Positions 23,533 to 37,029 of a DNA stretch of 46,465 nucleotides are shown piece after piece. The DNA comes from Octopus bimaculoides (lineage: Eukaryota). The stretch lies in NCBI RefSeq assembly GCF_001194135.2, contig NC_068995.1:25305561-25352025 (forward strand). The letters run 5' to 3'. Position 1 is the stretch's first letter. Every line of letters starts with the position of its first letter. A model generated the notes under the pieces. That model had not been told where the DNA came from, did not search any database, and saw only the letters and a list, made by a program, of their open reading frames with translations. The position numbers and the translations under genes were made by a program.

Positions 23533-24339
23533 CATTTATAGTAGTTACTGATGGAAATGATAATGTGCATTTAGGTATCAGTAGTTCCAGTGGGTTAATA
23601 AATACAGTTGTAAATGTACATTCACTTGAATTGCCTTAGATGAAACAAATAACCAGGAATATTCAGCAACGACATCATCATCACCATCATCATCATCATC
23701 ATCATCATCATCACAACAACGAAAGCAAGCCTGATATTATAATTGCATGGAGTAGAGACAATAACGCAGTGATTGGTACCAAAACTTTCAGTGATGTAAT
23801 GTATGCAATCATCTTTTTCTCTCTTTCTTCGTCTCTAACGATATTTCTCTATTTACCTATTTATCCCTCTCATTCTTTCTTTCTCTCTCCCATACACACA
23901 TGAATTTACATACAAACACACTCGCTTTTTCACACACGCGTGTGCACAAGCACATTATTAAAATTCAGTCTTCTATCATGTTAACCTACTTTACAAAATA
24001 TTATTGTAGTGACATCACATAAAATAACAGCAGCCGCCATCATCACTGTCACCACCACCATCACCACGACAACACAACGTTATTAATACCCCCATAAAAA
24101 CAGTTCTAATACCTCTAATATTAACAGTACTATCATAGTATTAATGCTACCGACATTAATACCACCGCGCTACAACCACACCAACGTCGACACTGGCAAC
24201 ATGAATGTCATTACGTCAACGGTAATATTACCGGTACTGCTACCACTTCCGCAACCACTACCATCACTATCACGCCATTAATACCACCACTTACACCACT
24301 ACTACCAGCATCATCAAATTAATGTAAACACTTAAAAGA

Positions 24340-24560
24340 ACCAGTATGGGAGCCTATACGTGGTGGCCTCGACATGCAAGAAATAGCGGCCAAATCTTCC
24401 CCAAGTCACAGATCCATTAAATTAAACTTTACAGAGTTTCAAAAGGAAGGACATATTAGATAATGTGGTATAAGGTGTATAGTATCAGTATGAAGACAGG
24501 ATGTTTATGGCCGAAATGATTTTGATCAGTGGAATCGATTTGGGCTGACAAGAGGCAAAA
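24340..24560 (+). mobile_element. Old SINE-tail-like fragment (related pieces at ~27360-27600, ~32435-32515 and, on minus, ~34590-34790)
   Basis: Recurring motif ctcgac.tgc.agaaatagc.gccaaat across these loci. Confidence 0.4.
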
Positions 24561-25330
24561 AAAAAAAAGAATTAACTGCAAAAGCACCACTTACTACATT
24601 AGTACCGACTAATGGACTAACTATTAGTGATTTTTACTGAGCCAAAGGAACCTGTAAATCCGATATATATATGAAGGGATCGATTCAAAAATATGTATCA
24701 GTTATATATTAGTTGCATCAGTTGACTACTATTCAAACAAAATGGGTTTGAGCATTAAAACGAGTTCCATGTTTTAAATATACGTTCGATAGTGTAGCCG
24801 AAGTTTAATATAAATGGGAAATAAATGGAAAATATAGGGTTCGATTATTCCGTTTCGGAGTTCAAATCAATCGAATTGACTATATTTTTCATTCTAGTCA
24901 GTAGAAAGTCAATAAAATACATAACTGTAACATATATTACAGATGATTCAATTGCCCCAGTCGATGCTATAAGTTATTGAAAATGCTTTGATATCTATTT
25001 AAGCCAGTTAAATCAATATTTTAGATACAGGCAACATTTCCCGCCCGATTTCACTATCTTTTATTTGCCGTTTTGTTAAATACTTAGTAAAATGTTTGAT
25101 ACCAAAGCGTCAGACTTTTCTATTGTCAGTATTCATATTTTGAAAAGCCTGGAAACAGAAAATCTCTCACTCAACTGCAAGAGAAATCACAAGATGATAA
25201 GTGTAAGGGTGTGTGTACGTGTGTGTATCTATATATGACTGTATATATATATATATATATATATATATCTGTGTACACACATTTATTAAATATTAAATTG
25301 AGACGAAAAGCACTTGAAAATTATTACTGG

Positions 25331-25369
<39 letters not shown>

Positions 25370-26053
25370 CCCGCTCGTGTGTGTGTACGTGCATGCGTGC
25401 ATACGTACGTGCTTGTGTGTCAAAATAAATATGCATACGCATTTATGGTATTTATCTATATTTATCCGGAAACGAATTCGTGATTCTAATAACTCCACAT
25501 TAAACCATTAAACTAAAACAAATATTGATACCATGGACAGAGGCGTGGAAGAAAGAGTCGTACGAAACGTTTACTGATTATATACAGACCTGTAAGAATG
25601 AAAATGAAAACTACATAGGTACAATATCGATAATTTTTTTCGACTGTAAAATATATGCAAGAGTGCTCGAATCCCCGAGTAACAATTTTAATAAAGGTAT
25701 TTAAAAACCAGCTAATAGAAATGAGTCGTTCAAGATATATGCAAATAAGTCAATGTTTTGCAAGCTCAGTGAAAATATTTGTTGAATAAAGCTTTTTAGT
25801 AGGAAACTCAGTGAATATGAGAAGTAATATTTGAAACGACAATATTCTGAAATAAAAAGACACTCAGAAAAATATACTGGCTATATGCTAAAATAAATGG
25901 ATACATAAAAAGTATAGGAACATATGTATGTATTTTAAGATGTATACACAGTGTATATATAATTTTCGATTCATTTTCCATGTTAGATATCATCATACAT
26001 TACTGAATTTATTTTGATATTCATTGAGCTTTTCGTAAAAAAATATTTGGTCG

Positions 26054-26460
26054 TTACTTTATGCTTGCGAAACATTTGTTTCTGATTTGAATGTGCCTAT
26101 GTGTATACATACATACATACATACATACATACATACATACATAATGCATACATAAATACACACATGCATGCATGCATACATGTACATACATACATAAATA
26201 CATATAAAAGCTTGTGTTTAGTGTGTATATGTGTATACATGCAAATAAGTATACATATATATATATGCATATATATATACGTGCGTGTGAGTGTATACAC
26301 ACATATGTATGTGTATATATATATGTGTGCGCGTGTGTATGACAGTGTACGTTTGTGCGTTTGCATATTATATACATAAATACACATAAGCACACACACT
26401 TGCGCTCGTGCACATATACACGCATATGTGAATATATGTATATATATGTATATTTGCGCG
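26054..26460. repeat. Compound (CATA)n/(TA)n/(TG)n microsatellite
   Basis: Direct reading. Confidence 0.9.
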
Positions 26461-28353
26461 TACTTTTAGAACATGGTGTCGTTAGTATTTGCGTAACAAC
26501 AAGCTGTTTTTTTTTGTTTTATCTTTTATGGGTGAGGCTCTGTAAGGGATTAGTTCCACCAGAATGGTAAAACGATATCTAGTAGACTTTCCCAAGTGCT
26601 GACTATTTGTATTTTCTATTTTTTGTTATCAATTTTTTGTCTGTTTATTAAGTTTTCTCAATGCCTTAAGAAATTTGTTTATAAACTTTATAAACTTCCT
26701 ATTATATAATAGCATTGTTGAAAAGTTTTTACAAAGCGATATCTTAAACAGCGACATATCATTTCGTTTCATTTGATGAGGCACAGGATTGGCTTTGAAG
26801 AATGAAACAGATTGAATTAACCCAGATTTCGTTATTTTCTCGATACACAAAGTCACTTCTCTTACGTTTCTGTTTTATCATACTCCTCCTCCTCTTCATC
26901 ATCATCCTATAAAATCTTGCCTCGAGGTGTGGGGTCTTAGACTACAAGTCCGCTTTCTGTTTCGATTCTAATTTGAAATTTAATTTTTTTTTTTATATGT
27001 ATGAAAGTTACAACTTCTCAAATTCTTTTCTCCAGAAATCTCAAATGAAGGGTGATAGAAATACAATAGGAATAGGGCTCATGAAGGAGCTATACAAATA
27101 TACATGGATGCTTATAGATCAATCTCTTCCTCTTCGCCCTAACCCTCTCCCGTCTCCCTTTCTCATTTCATCTTTATAATCCTTACTAGAAGGTTTCTCA
27201 ATCTCAGTCATTTCTAAAAATTGTTGAAGGACATTTTCCCCACCGATATATTCTATGTAACAAGTTGAATACTGATGAAACACTCATCAATTATATAGTA
27301 CTTGTTCTACTTATAAATTTATGCCAAACTTTACCCTCGTGTTCATGACTGAGGTTCATAAGTGGTCACCCGATCTGCTAAAAACAGCAGCCAATCATCC
27401 TTCGATATTAGAAAGTAAGGTTATACTAAAATATCGTTGACTATAAGTCTGCTCAGTCAGTGATAGCCTATGAGTTAAAAAGAAAAGCAAGAAAGAAATT
27501 TGCAAAGAACTAATAGAGTAGCCACTACACAATCACGCGACTTACTATAAATAGTAGCCAAATGACCTCAAATCACCTACTATCGTCTTGAAAATATAAG
27601 AACTCTTGGAATACTTCCCACATCTTGGTTGTTGCCCATCATACACACAAGCATTCTAGATCTTATTCAGAAAATGATCATTCGACTGATTGGCATAAAG
27701 TTTTTCACTGACACGCTCCTCTTTTAAAACCATATATGTACTGTGTTCTCGTTTTGTCTTATTAACGAGGGCACCTGCTCCTCAGAGTTGGCTGGTCTTG
27801 TGCTATTTTCAAACACTTTCTTCCCGTTCTTAACGATATCGCACTCAGCACCTCTCACCTTGTACTAACTATTACCCCAAGTCGCCACTCTGTTGGCCCA
27901 TTAGAATTCCTACCTTACTTATTTGTAAATTGTAAGTTTTACATATTCACTGTCCTTATTGATAAATGCATTTATGCAAGGGATCTGAAAAATAAACGGT
28001 GTGTGTTAAGTAAACACACAGAGATATGTATGCAAGCATCTATCTACGTTTCTATATAATCTTGTATCTATAAACAGGAACACAAATAGCAGCGCTATGA
28101 ATGTACATATTCATAGAAGTCTATGTATGCAAATGTCCACATAAGTAAGCATGTATATGAAAGCTTTTACGCACGTATAACTGTAGATGAAAGTACATAT
28201 GTATGCAGATACACGGGTGTGTATATGAATGTGTGTTTACGCGCATGCATATTGATATCTTTAAAGGCTAAGCATAAATCTATGTATAGATAAGGAAATA
28301 TTTTATTACCAAATTCAATAACTGTTATGTGTTTTATGTTTCTATATATATGG

Positions 28354-28356
<3 letters not shown>

Positions 28357-28428
<72 letters not shown>
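28357..28428. repeat. (TG)n microsatellite
   Basis: Direct reading. Confidence 0.95.
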
Positions 28429-28429
<1 letters not shown>

Positions 28430-30280
28430 CTGTTCTGAATGTATTTGTAAAGAAAACATCCTAATATCAAATATCAAATATCAAATTCAAAACCATTAAT
28501 TTTTAATGTATATATATTTGGTTGTGTTTCTGTCTGCACGCATATATATGGTTTAATGTATTTGAGTATAAAGAAAAATCATATCATACTGAAAAGCAAT
28601 GATTGCAATATGAAAAGTATAAAAAATATGGGAAGAATATGAACTTTGGCCCTTTTACTAAATCATAAAGAAATGTATAGTTTATTTCAACGAAAAACAG
28701 TCTGTTACTAGGAGCGGATATATTACTAATGTAAAGATATATGTAAACAGATATAAATTTTTTATGTCGACTGAAATAAATAAAGAATTGACGTCATTGT
28801 GTATTTCAATAAACAGCAATCTATAGAACGTCCACCAGACATGAAACAAAACGAGACAAAGATAAAAGAGGCACATTATCGCAGTTATAACTCATTTATT
28901 TAGTCAAGGTAGAATTTATATTGGATCTCACTCGCCATTAAAGCACTCAGCAACAGAGAATTGAGATACATGATGCACTTTGTTATAATATGCATATTAA
29001 CATGGTGTGTAGTACCATAAAAATATTCATGTAATATCTTACTTCAAACAAGAATAATCTGTTGTGCTATATTTAAAAAAATGGACAAAGATGCATTCAA
29101 CGTAATCTATATGAAATTGTAATACTTTATAATCCTACTTTAATTGTGCACAACAATGCAGTCACTATACTGCTTAGTGAGATGCCGCTATCTCAAACGT
29201 TATGATGGTGGGCTTTGTAATAAAAGGGTTAACAGTTCGCATTCACTAACGATACTGCTTTTGTATTTCTGGCACAATCTCTGAATATTTCTGTCCACCG
29301 AAACAAAATAAGTTTCCGGGAGTGGTAAAAATCGCTACTATAATTAGTGTTTGTATTGCACAATGGACAAATTATACTGAAGAATATTCAATCGATTGGC
29401 ATTGCTATCCGTAAAGCGAGATGCTCTTCTTTTAAATTCCAAAAGTAAAGAGACAACTTTCAAAGTAGAATGCCTTACAGAGCTTAGTAAAAGTGATGAC
29501 GACAATCCACGTCGACACATGAAGTGAGATCTCCCATGGTGAACATATGGCCCTATATATATAGTTTTAAAAACTGACATTGGGCTGAAGAAACAAGATC
29601 ATTTAGTGCGTCAAATCTCTACCCATAGACTTACTTCATATTATTTAGGACGGAGAAACACGATTTTTGCTGTAAGAGGTATCAAATCATGGCGTTGAAC
29701 CAACTCCGCTCCTAGCCCCTTTTGTAACACACTATGCGTAGTAGGTCGGTGCAAACATTTTACGAAGGATTCCTCGTGTGCTGATCACAATAAACTAACA
29801 CTGCAACATTTATGATTGTTTTTATTGTTGATTGATTTATCTCCTGCCATTGTTAATATGTTTTTTTAATTGGCAAAAGTTTTCAAAGTTAATTTTGTTT
29901 TATCTCGTTTGTCTCGTGGGTTTCAGTGTATTTTCCTCTCGTGCGTGTGTGTTATAGAAACAGTAGGTCTCGCGTGATGTGAAAAGTATCGGTTGTACTT
30001 AATGGCCTGATTCTGTATAGTTTTGTTTGTATTCAAAAGTGAATTCCTCCCTGTTTGTTTGTTCCGCATGCTGACTTCTGTCTTTTATTTCAACAATATA
30101 TTTTATAAGAGAATTACAAGTATAACGTAAACTACGTGCTTGTTGTACATACTGGAAGCCATACACATAATTTGCCTCATTTTGCAGACTAATTTTCGTT
30201 TTGATTTTGATTACGCAATTGGATTTGTCTCAGATTTGCGGAGATCCATGTCTATACTCGGTTATAATGTTACTCAACCC

Positions 30281-30470
30281 GGGCAGTTGATAAGCAGGAT
30301 CATTAGACCGTCAAATAAATTTCTTTTTGTTATTTCTTCTGACTCTTTACGTTCTGAATTCAAATTACACCGAGATCAACTTTGCCTTTCATCCTTCTGA
30401 AGATGATAAAACAAAATATCATCTATGTACTGTGGTCGATGATATAAACTAACCCATAACTTCAAAACTA
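30281..30470 (+). mobile_element. Diverged tRNA-SINE family 2
   Basis: ...ctttacgttctgaattcaaattacaccgagatcaactttgcctttcatcc... matches the reverse complement of 41240-41477. Confidence 0.6.
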
Positions 30471-30699
30471 TTCGAATTGTACCTAAAATAATAACAGCTT
30501 GCTAATTTTACGTAAGTTTCTACTACATAAGCATGCACATCCCAAGGTTTCTGCAATTTTGTACTTAATATACAGTATCAGCTTTTCTTTTGGATTTGAA
30601 TTTGGTTCTATTATAGTTTTTTCTTTCTTGTGTAAAATGTATAATATTTGTTGTGTTGTATAGTTAATGTTTCATATGTATTGCATGGTTGATGTAATG

Positions 30700-31240
30700 T
30701 GTTTCAATGTTAGGTGGTTATTGTGAATGATATTTGTCTGGTTTGTGTGGAAGTAATGTGTTGGCAGCTGTACAGAATGCGAGCTGTGAGAGTCATTGGA
30801 GTAAAACTGTCCGCAATTTATTATGTAATGGTCAGTTTGTAGGGTGTTGATCCATATATTGTGTGGAGTGTTATTTGATTGGGCTGTTATAATGGAGAGA
30901 ATATATATTTTAAACAGTATGTAGTATTTAGTGAGCGCCAGTATGACTCCTGTTTTTATACGCACAATTTCTTACCATACCTAGTGCTCCCTATACTGTC
31001 TTTATATCCATGTCCCATTTTTATTCCACTCTTTTATGCAATGTTTTGGAATGAGGGGATAGCGTTTTGTACCAGTGTACATATATTTCGTGTCCTTTCA
31101 TATTACATGTGGGTAATTTTCCTTGACCTCTTTACCAATTTCAATAAGCGTTGTTCCAGCTAGTTACACTTGAGTCGTTGTTATGTACCATGTTTGGTTC
31201 CCATTTGCACCATGTCTTGTGTATTTTCATATTGACGTAT
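30700..31240 (-). mobile_element. Possible very old PLE RT remnant
   Basis: catggtgcaaatgggaaccaaa resembles the G.AMGTK RT motif, followed by LEQRLLKL; the rest is heavily eroded. Confidence 0.25.
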
Positions 31241-31545
31241 TGTCATATTGCCAAGTGGACATAGCTACCAACTCGATTATGTCATGGTAAGGAATAGGCA
31301 GCCAGATATGACGTGGTTAATCGTGTTATTGGACTGGTTACATATTCTGTGCTCGATTGCCAGCAACTTTTATATTTAATTTTATAGCTGTTCTGGTCAG
31401 ACGTTGGTCTTGTGCTGTTAGTATCAAACCACCAGTTTCTGATTTTTAAACTATTGCTGATTTTATACTTTGGTTATTTTGTCTTTGTTGAGTCTTGCAT
31501 TATATTCACCAACGAGTGGCTTTCTCTTGTTTTTTAAACATTATT
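31240..31545 (-). mobile_element. R4/Dong-like fragment (zinc-knuckle region)
   Basis: KSETGGLILTAQDQ...RICNQSNNTINHVISGC..HNRVGSYVH. Confidence 0.65.
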
Positions 31546-31554
31546 ACTTCTTGC

Positions 31555-31790
31555 CTTTAACCCTCCAACGCTGTGTATAGGCCACTTATAATTGAATTCC
31601 ATGTCGCATAATTTTTCGCTTCTGTACTTATACTCTGCCATGAATGTCCCCCTTTCTCTAGTTCCTTTTGTGTTGATCTACGCAACGAGTTCATATTTTG
31701 GAAAAACATTTTGATTTTGACAATGTGTTTCCATTTGGCTAAAGCTATTTCACGAATTGGATAACTGCTTATTTTTTTATTCGAATGTCT
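31555..31790 (-). mobile_element. RTE-clade LINE C-terminal fragment
   Basis: IREIALAKW...SLRRSTQKELEKGGHSWQSISTEAKNYATWNSIISGLY resembles the RTE C-terminal RR..E.EL...SW..I...A.....W...I.GL pattern. Confidence 0.45.
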
Positions 31791-32744
31791 TTTGGAAGAA
31801 CACTGCAATAATATATAATACAATATAAGATATTGAGATATTTATGAAACATTAATATTATTGGCATTCTGGAAATTTTTTAACATTTCCATATCACGGG
31901 TTTCTATTTTTCTTAATAAGATAACTGTAACAGTAATGGATGAATTTAGAGTTTAAAAACAATGTGCGATAAAGTTAACATTAACACCAAAACTGTGTCC
32001 TTGATTTATAAGACTCTGCCGCAAAAAATATTTCATTTCACTCCATTTCTGAGAATTACTCACAGTTGTTGTGGCTCACGTGATGTATTTAAAACAATAA
32101 TGAGATCACAAGTTGTTTTTGAAAGTTTAACTTTTCTAGTGACATTCTTCGTGCAAGTATTTCCGTCTCTATTACCGCGTTTCTTCTCCCTCAGGATTTT
32201 AAAGTTTATTTGTTCTCCCCCTCTTCCCCCCTCTCTCTGTGAAACTTCTTTTAAAAATATCTTCTGCTTCTTATTACTGTTTGCATTTATTATTATATAT
32301 GACAGGAGAAGTAAACTATCATTGCTAAAGTAAATGGAGAAGCTTCTCTATGAGTGCCAAGAAATAGCAAACGTATTTTCCTTTTTCAGAAAGGAAGAAA
32401 TTGCATAGAATAATCTTTGATGCACATAGTCTGAAAACAGCATGAGACAATCATGGGTGGAGCGCCTTTAAACATGAGCCGGCTACAGCAAAGGTGACTT
32501 AAAGCTAAACAAGAGTGTTTGACTCTTATTTTATTTCTCCATGAGAATTAAATCTATGGTGAGAGTTTTGTAAAGAATATGGACGACAGTCGGGAGACTG
32601 AGACTATAATGCTGATGATTCTAAAAAGTAAATCTGAAATATAACAGTCAAAGATTTAAGCAAACGGAAAACATGAGCATGTGACGGACATTCTTTCCTT
32701 TGTAAAATTGTTAACAATGTACAAATACAATTATAAACACGGAT

Positions 32745-32840
32745 CATATATAACCTCGGTGGCGTGAGGAGCACTAAAGCCTTGTGAGTGCATTTGGTTG
32801 ACAAAATCTGAAAGCCCGTCGTATGTGTGTGCGTATATAT
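32745..32840 (+). mobile_element. Partial tRNA-SINE family 1
   Basis: ctaaagccttgtgagtgcatttggttgacaaaatctgaaagcccgtcgtatg, cut off by a gap. Confidence 0.65.
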
Positions 32841-33589
32841 NNNNNNNNNNNNNNNNNNNNNNNNNNNNNNNNNNNNNNNNNNNNNNNNNNNNNNNNNNNN
32901 NNNNNNNNNNNNNNNNNNNNNNNNNNNNNNNNNNNNNNNNNNNNNNNNNNNNNNNNNNNNNNNNNNNNNNNNNNNNNNNNNNNNNNNNNNNNNNNNNNNN
33001 NNNNNNNNNNNNNNNNNNNNNNNNNNNNNNNNNNNNNNNNNNNNNNNNNNNNNNNNNNNNNNNNNNNNNNNNNNNNNNNNNNNNNNNNNNNNNNNNNNNN
33101 NNNNNNNNNNNNNNNNNNNNNNNNNNNNNNNNNNNNNNNNNTATAAAGGAAGTAGTCAGAATCTGGGTAAAAACTGTTTTTTAGCGTTTTCGTGCATTTC
33201 AGGGATTGAAAATATAAAATCTATACATACATATATACATAAATATATAGATACGTAGATACATACCTATATACATATATATACTATAGTGGGTAGGCCG
33301 GTTGTAGAGCAGTCTAAGATGGAGAGCAGTTAATATTATAGTGGATTAGGCTGGTTTATGGGGTTACCCTGAGTTCTTTGTTCATGACAGGTTTTGCCTT
33401 ACGGCGTATTTTCAGACCCCAAACATTGCTGGTCTGAGACTTCTTTAAAATATGGAGGAGGAAATGCCTCATTTTTAAGGGTAAAATTCTAGGTGATTAT
33501 CTCCCTTTGCCATTGTCCATCGATCTTTGACCGTGCTGACATCTTGCGGTTACCATTTCTACAAATGATCCTATATATAGGATACATTC

Positions 33590-33945
33590 ATATATGTATG
33601 TATGTTATCAATCAGTTTCATTTCTGTATTTCTTGTCCATAGAGAAAGAGCCGGACTCTAACATAGATTCAAGGCTCCTTCATTGGAACTTTTATCAACA
33701 TCATCTAGGTATTTGTGCATATGTGTGTGTGTGTGCAGTATTTGGTGTTAGTGTATGCGCAGATTTGTATGTTTGTTTTATAGATGCGTTTTAGATGCCT
33801 GCATATGTATTTATGTGCTAAATTTTTGGAAAGTTTTACATATCTTTACAGTTCCATTGATGGCTTGAATCTGTAGTCTTCTAATCAGCCTTTTTCTTTC
33901 AGATTTTGAGAACCCTAATTTTTCCAGGTTTTTGTTGAGGCAGTT
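33590..33945 (-). mobile_element. 3' end of an R4/Dong-like element (same family as 1-497)
   Basis: NCLNKNLEKLGFSKSERKRLIRRLQIQAINGTVKICKTFQKF*, shared UTR aaacatacaaatctgc.cata, (CATA) tail. Confidence 0.8.
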
Positions 33946-34009
33946 TGTTATGTATGTATGTATGTATGTATGTATGTATGTATGTACGCATCTATGTACA
34001 TGTGTATAT

Positions 34010-34225
34010 CTTTGTATCTGTGTGTGTTGCTTACCGCCACTTGACAACCGGTGCTACTGTGGTTACGTTCCCATAATCTAGTGCTTCGGCAAAGGAGTCC
34101 GATAAAAAAAGTACAAAGCTTAAATAAATAAGTGCTGGAGTTTATTCCTTCAACTAAAATTCTTCAAGACGATGCCCCAGTAAGGCTGTAGTCTAATGAA
34201 TGAGACAAGTAGAATATGAAAGATA
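34010..34225 (+). mobile_element. Diverged tRNA-SINE family 1, 3' half
   Basis: cacttgacaaccggtgct...ttcggcaaaggagtccgataaa...gatgccccagtaaggctgtagtc. Confidence 0.7.
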
Positions 34226-34856
34226 TATGCGATATGACAAAGAGAAAATAGATGAAACTTATAATAAAACACTTGTTTTAATTAAACGCTTCCTGTGATG
34301 TATATTAGGCAATGAATATAATATGCAGGAATTAAAATTTCAGGTTTTTTATTTCTTTTTTAGTTCTGTGTATCAATGACCTTGTCAAAAATATATTTTA
34401 TAATGTTCGACCGTATTTTTTCGACTACGTATCAGGAATGCATATGTAACTGAAATTCTATAAGAATAAACAGCAGAACCTCATTGTAATATGCTACCAT
34501 TCTTGGTTAAAATGTTTATATTCATGATGTAGGATTTCAGTTGTTTACTAGTACGAACTATTAAGGTTGTTATTGATGGCCTCCATACCAAACCAGATTC
34601 AGTAAGCCTATGACCAGAAGCATTCCAGCTGTGATTATTCTGTTTATAAAGTTACGGCGAATGTTTCATAATTCAATGTGATTTTGCCTTATTCAAGGAA
34701 CCCAGGGTATTATTGTTCACGACAGAAAGTTGTGTGGGGATTTGGTTGTTATTTCTAGCAGTTCGAGCAACTACTAAGAGGTTTTCCACTAGAAATATGG
34801 ATCATGAATAGTCTCACAGTTGATGCAAATATTTTGAAGTTTTATTAACATATGTA

Positions 34857-35244
34857 GGCGTAGGAGTGGCTGTGTGGTAAGTAGCTTGCTTACCAACCAC
34901 ATGGTCCCGGATTCAGTCCCACTGCGTGGCACCTTGGGCAAGTGTTTTCTACTATAGCCTCGGGCCGACCAAAGCCTTGTGAGTGGATTTGGTAGACGGA
35001 AACTGAAAGAAGCCTGTCGTATATATGTATGTGTGTATGTGTTTGTATGTCTGTGTTTGTCCCCCCAACATCGCTTGACAACCGATGCTGGTGTGTTTAT
35101 GTCCCCGTAACTTAGCGGTTCGGCAAAAAGAGACCGATAGAATAAGTACTAGGCTTCCAAAGAATAAGTCCTGGGGTCGATTTGCTCGACTAAAGGCGGT
35201 GCCCCAGCATGGCCGCAGTCAAATGACTGAAACAAGTAAAAGAG
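34857..35244 (+). mobile_element. Full-length, young-looking tRNA-SINE family 1
   Basis: ggcgtaggagtggctgtgtggtaagtagcttgc...aaacaagtaaaagag. Confidence 0.92.
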
Positions 35245-35565
35245 TATATATATTTATTGAATATAGGAATGGGTCGAATATTCTTATGAGCTGAGTTCAG
35301 GACTTAGTTCCCATTTTTGGTTTGTTTTAACCAGGTTTTTTTTTTGTATTATTCAATCCCTGAAACATGCAAGAACATCAATCAACCTAAATCGTATGTT
35401 TATAAATATCATATTTAAGTCAGTAATAATTCCAACTTATGTACATAACGCCGTATTTGATACTTCTTTAGGTAGAAAATAATATACAGCTCGGTTTTTA
35501 AATCGAGATTAAACTACCTTGGTTTACTTATTCGGATTGCTACAATACTTTTCTCATAATTGCAG

Positions 35566-35574
35566 TGAGGGGAG
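35566..35574 (+). other. Candidate 9-nt frame-preserving microexon
   Basis: tacttttctcataattgcAG|TGAGGGGAG|GTAAGT; no host gene identified. Confidence 0.3.
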
Positions 35575-35979
35575 GTAAGTACTTAAATCATTAAAGTAAA
35601 AATTTTACTCTAAATTGAAATTTCAGAATTCTATTTTGCCTTTCTTCGCTCTAAGTTTAAGAAATAAGTGACAGTAATATGAATTTCTACTATTCTATCG
35701 ATAGTACTTCTCTATTATAGCTAACCGTCGATTACTATGAATATAATCACCGTTATGTTATCCAGGTATTAAACTATTTCATATGGTTAGCGGTAACTAA
35801 TTATCAAATAGATTGGTAAATTTACTTTTATCATTGCTAGTCTTATTCAACCAGAGCCAAGGATTGCCTAATGTGGTTTTACTTGGTATTTTGGCCGGCC
35901 AGTATCTCAGATGGCATCTCTAAGTAGACACGTTTTACAACTTAAAGCATATTTATTCTTGTAGCTTAGTGATGCACGA

Positions 35980-36192
35980 AAGGCGGGTGAATTGGCAGAA
36001 TTTGTTACCGCGCAGGACAAAATGCTTAGCGGCATTTCTTCCGACTTTACGTTGAGATCAAATGGCTTCGGGATCGACTTTGCCTTTTGTCCTTTCGCGA
36101 TCGATAATATAAGTACCAGTTGAGCCCTGGAGCCGATGTAATAGACTTATTCCTTTCCAGACGTTACCGGTCCTGTGTCAAAATTTGAAACC
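35980..36192 (+). mobile_element. Diverged tRNA-SINE family 2
   Basis: aaggcgggtgaattggcagaa...aaatgcttagcggcatttc...ataagtaccagttgagccctgg. Confidence 0.75.
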
Positions 36193-36683
36193 GTTCAACG
36201 ACGCGGGAGGATATCGTGTTCTGTACTTTTGATGTGTTGAAAAACGAACCCGAGTTCCGTTCGTTTTATAAGCACAAGATATTTTCATCTAGCTGCTATA
36301 ATTCACCAGATAACACGTATTCTGGTGGTAGCATTTATATATTATTTTCGTTTAGTTTTTACTTAGACTATCGTATTTCTAGGTTAAGATGTAGTATAGC
36401 TCAGCCGTACAAATTTGTGTAACATGATGTATTCAAAAGTTGGTCATTCAGCATCAAATATTTTCTGCTTCAGCCTTACTACATATACAATATCCCAAAC
36501 AGACGGAATGGTCATATCTGGAAGTCTTTTAATCATATGTTTGCTCAACTACGGCTAACATAGTGCCAAACAGGTTGTGGTTTGCCGTTAATATATTTCA
36601 CTTTAGAGAGTGGATTGTTCGTTTACAGTCACTGTTCGATTGATTTGTTCGTAAAAAAAAATGATGTAGTTGCAATATATATA

Positions 36684-36726
36684 TTGAACCTGAAGAAGAC
36701 AGACAATCTGTTGAAATATTGTTCAA
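36684..36726 (+). ncRNA. Minimal type-I hammerhead ribozyme upstream of the PLE ORF
   Basis: ttgaac / CTGAAGA / A / gacag-acaat-ctgtt / GAAATATT (palindromic ATAT stem III, AUU triplet) / gttcaa. Confidence 0.7.
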
Positions 36727-36908
36727 ACCGTTAGATAAACAATCTCTATTACAAATCGCATCGCGCTCTTTTTATTGTCTATTTACCTTCGTGAAGAGTT
36801 ACGTCAATCTTTATAAATTATCAAAATCAAGTAGATTGAGATGATTGATTTTATGTTATACCGAATAAAAATTGGAACGTTTAGAAATTCAGGTACTTAC
36901 CTAAGCAG

Positions 36909-36970
36909 GTGAGTGTCTAAGGAAAATTGTAGTATAAATTACAGATTTTGTGTTTTATTCCATTTCACAG
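36909..36970 (+). other. Candidate 62-nt spliceosomal intron in the PLE 5' region
   Basis: CAG|GTGAGT donor; ttttgtgttttattccatttcacAG acceptor. Confidence 0.55.
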
Positions 36971-36981
36971 TTGGCTTGTCA

Positions 36982-37029
36982 GCCCTGTTAGCTTCACTAG
37001 ACCCTAGTGTTGAGCCCAATCCTGGGCCA
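36982..37029 (+). other. 2A-like (StopGo) motif variant at the N-terminus of the PLE ORF
   Basis: ALLASLDPSVEPNPGP; canonical motif is D(V/I)ExNPGP, and here S occupies the D position. Confidence 0.5.

Noticed and set aside
23640-24320. Poly-His ORF and ACC/ACT-rich low-complexity tract
   Set aside because: (CAT)n microsatellite and degenerate trinucleotide repeats with no splice or domain support.
30400-30435. Minus-strand QYIDDILF resembling an RT active site
   Set aside because: It lies inside a plus-strand SINE family 2 copy; coincidental.
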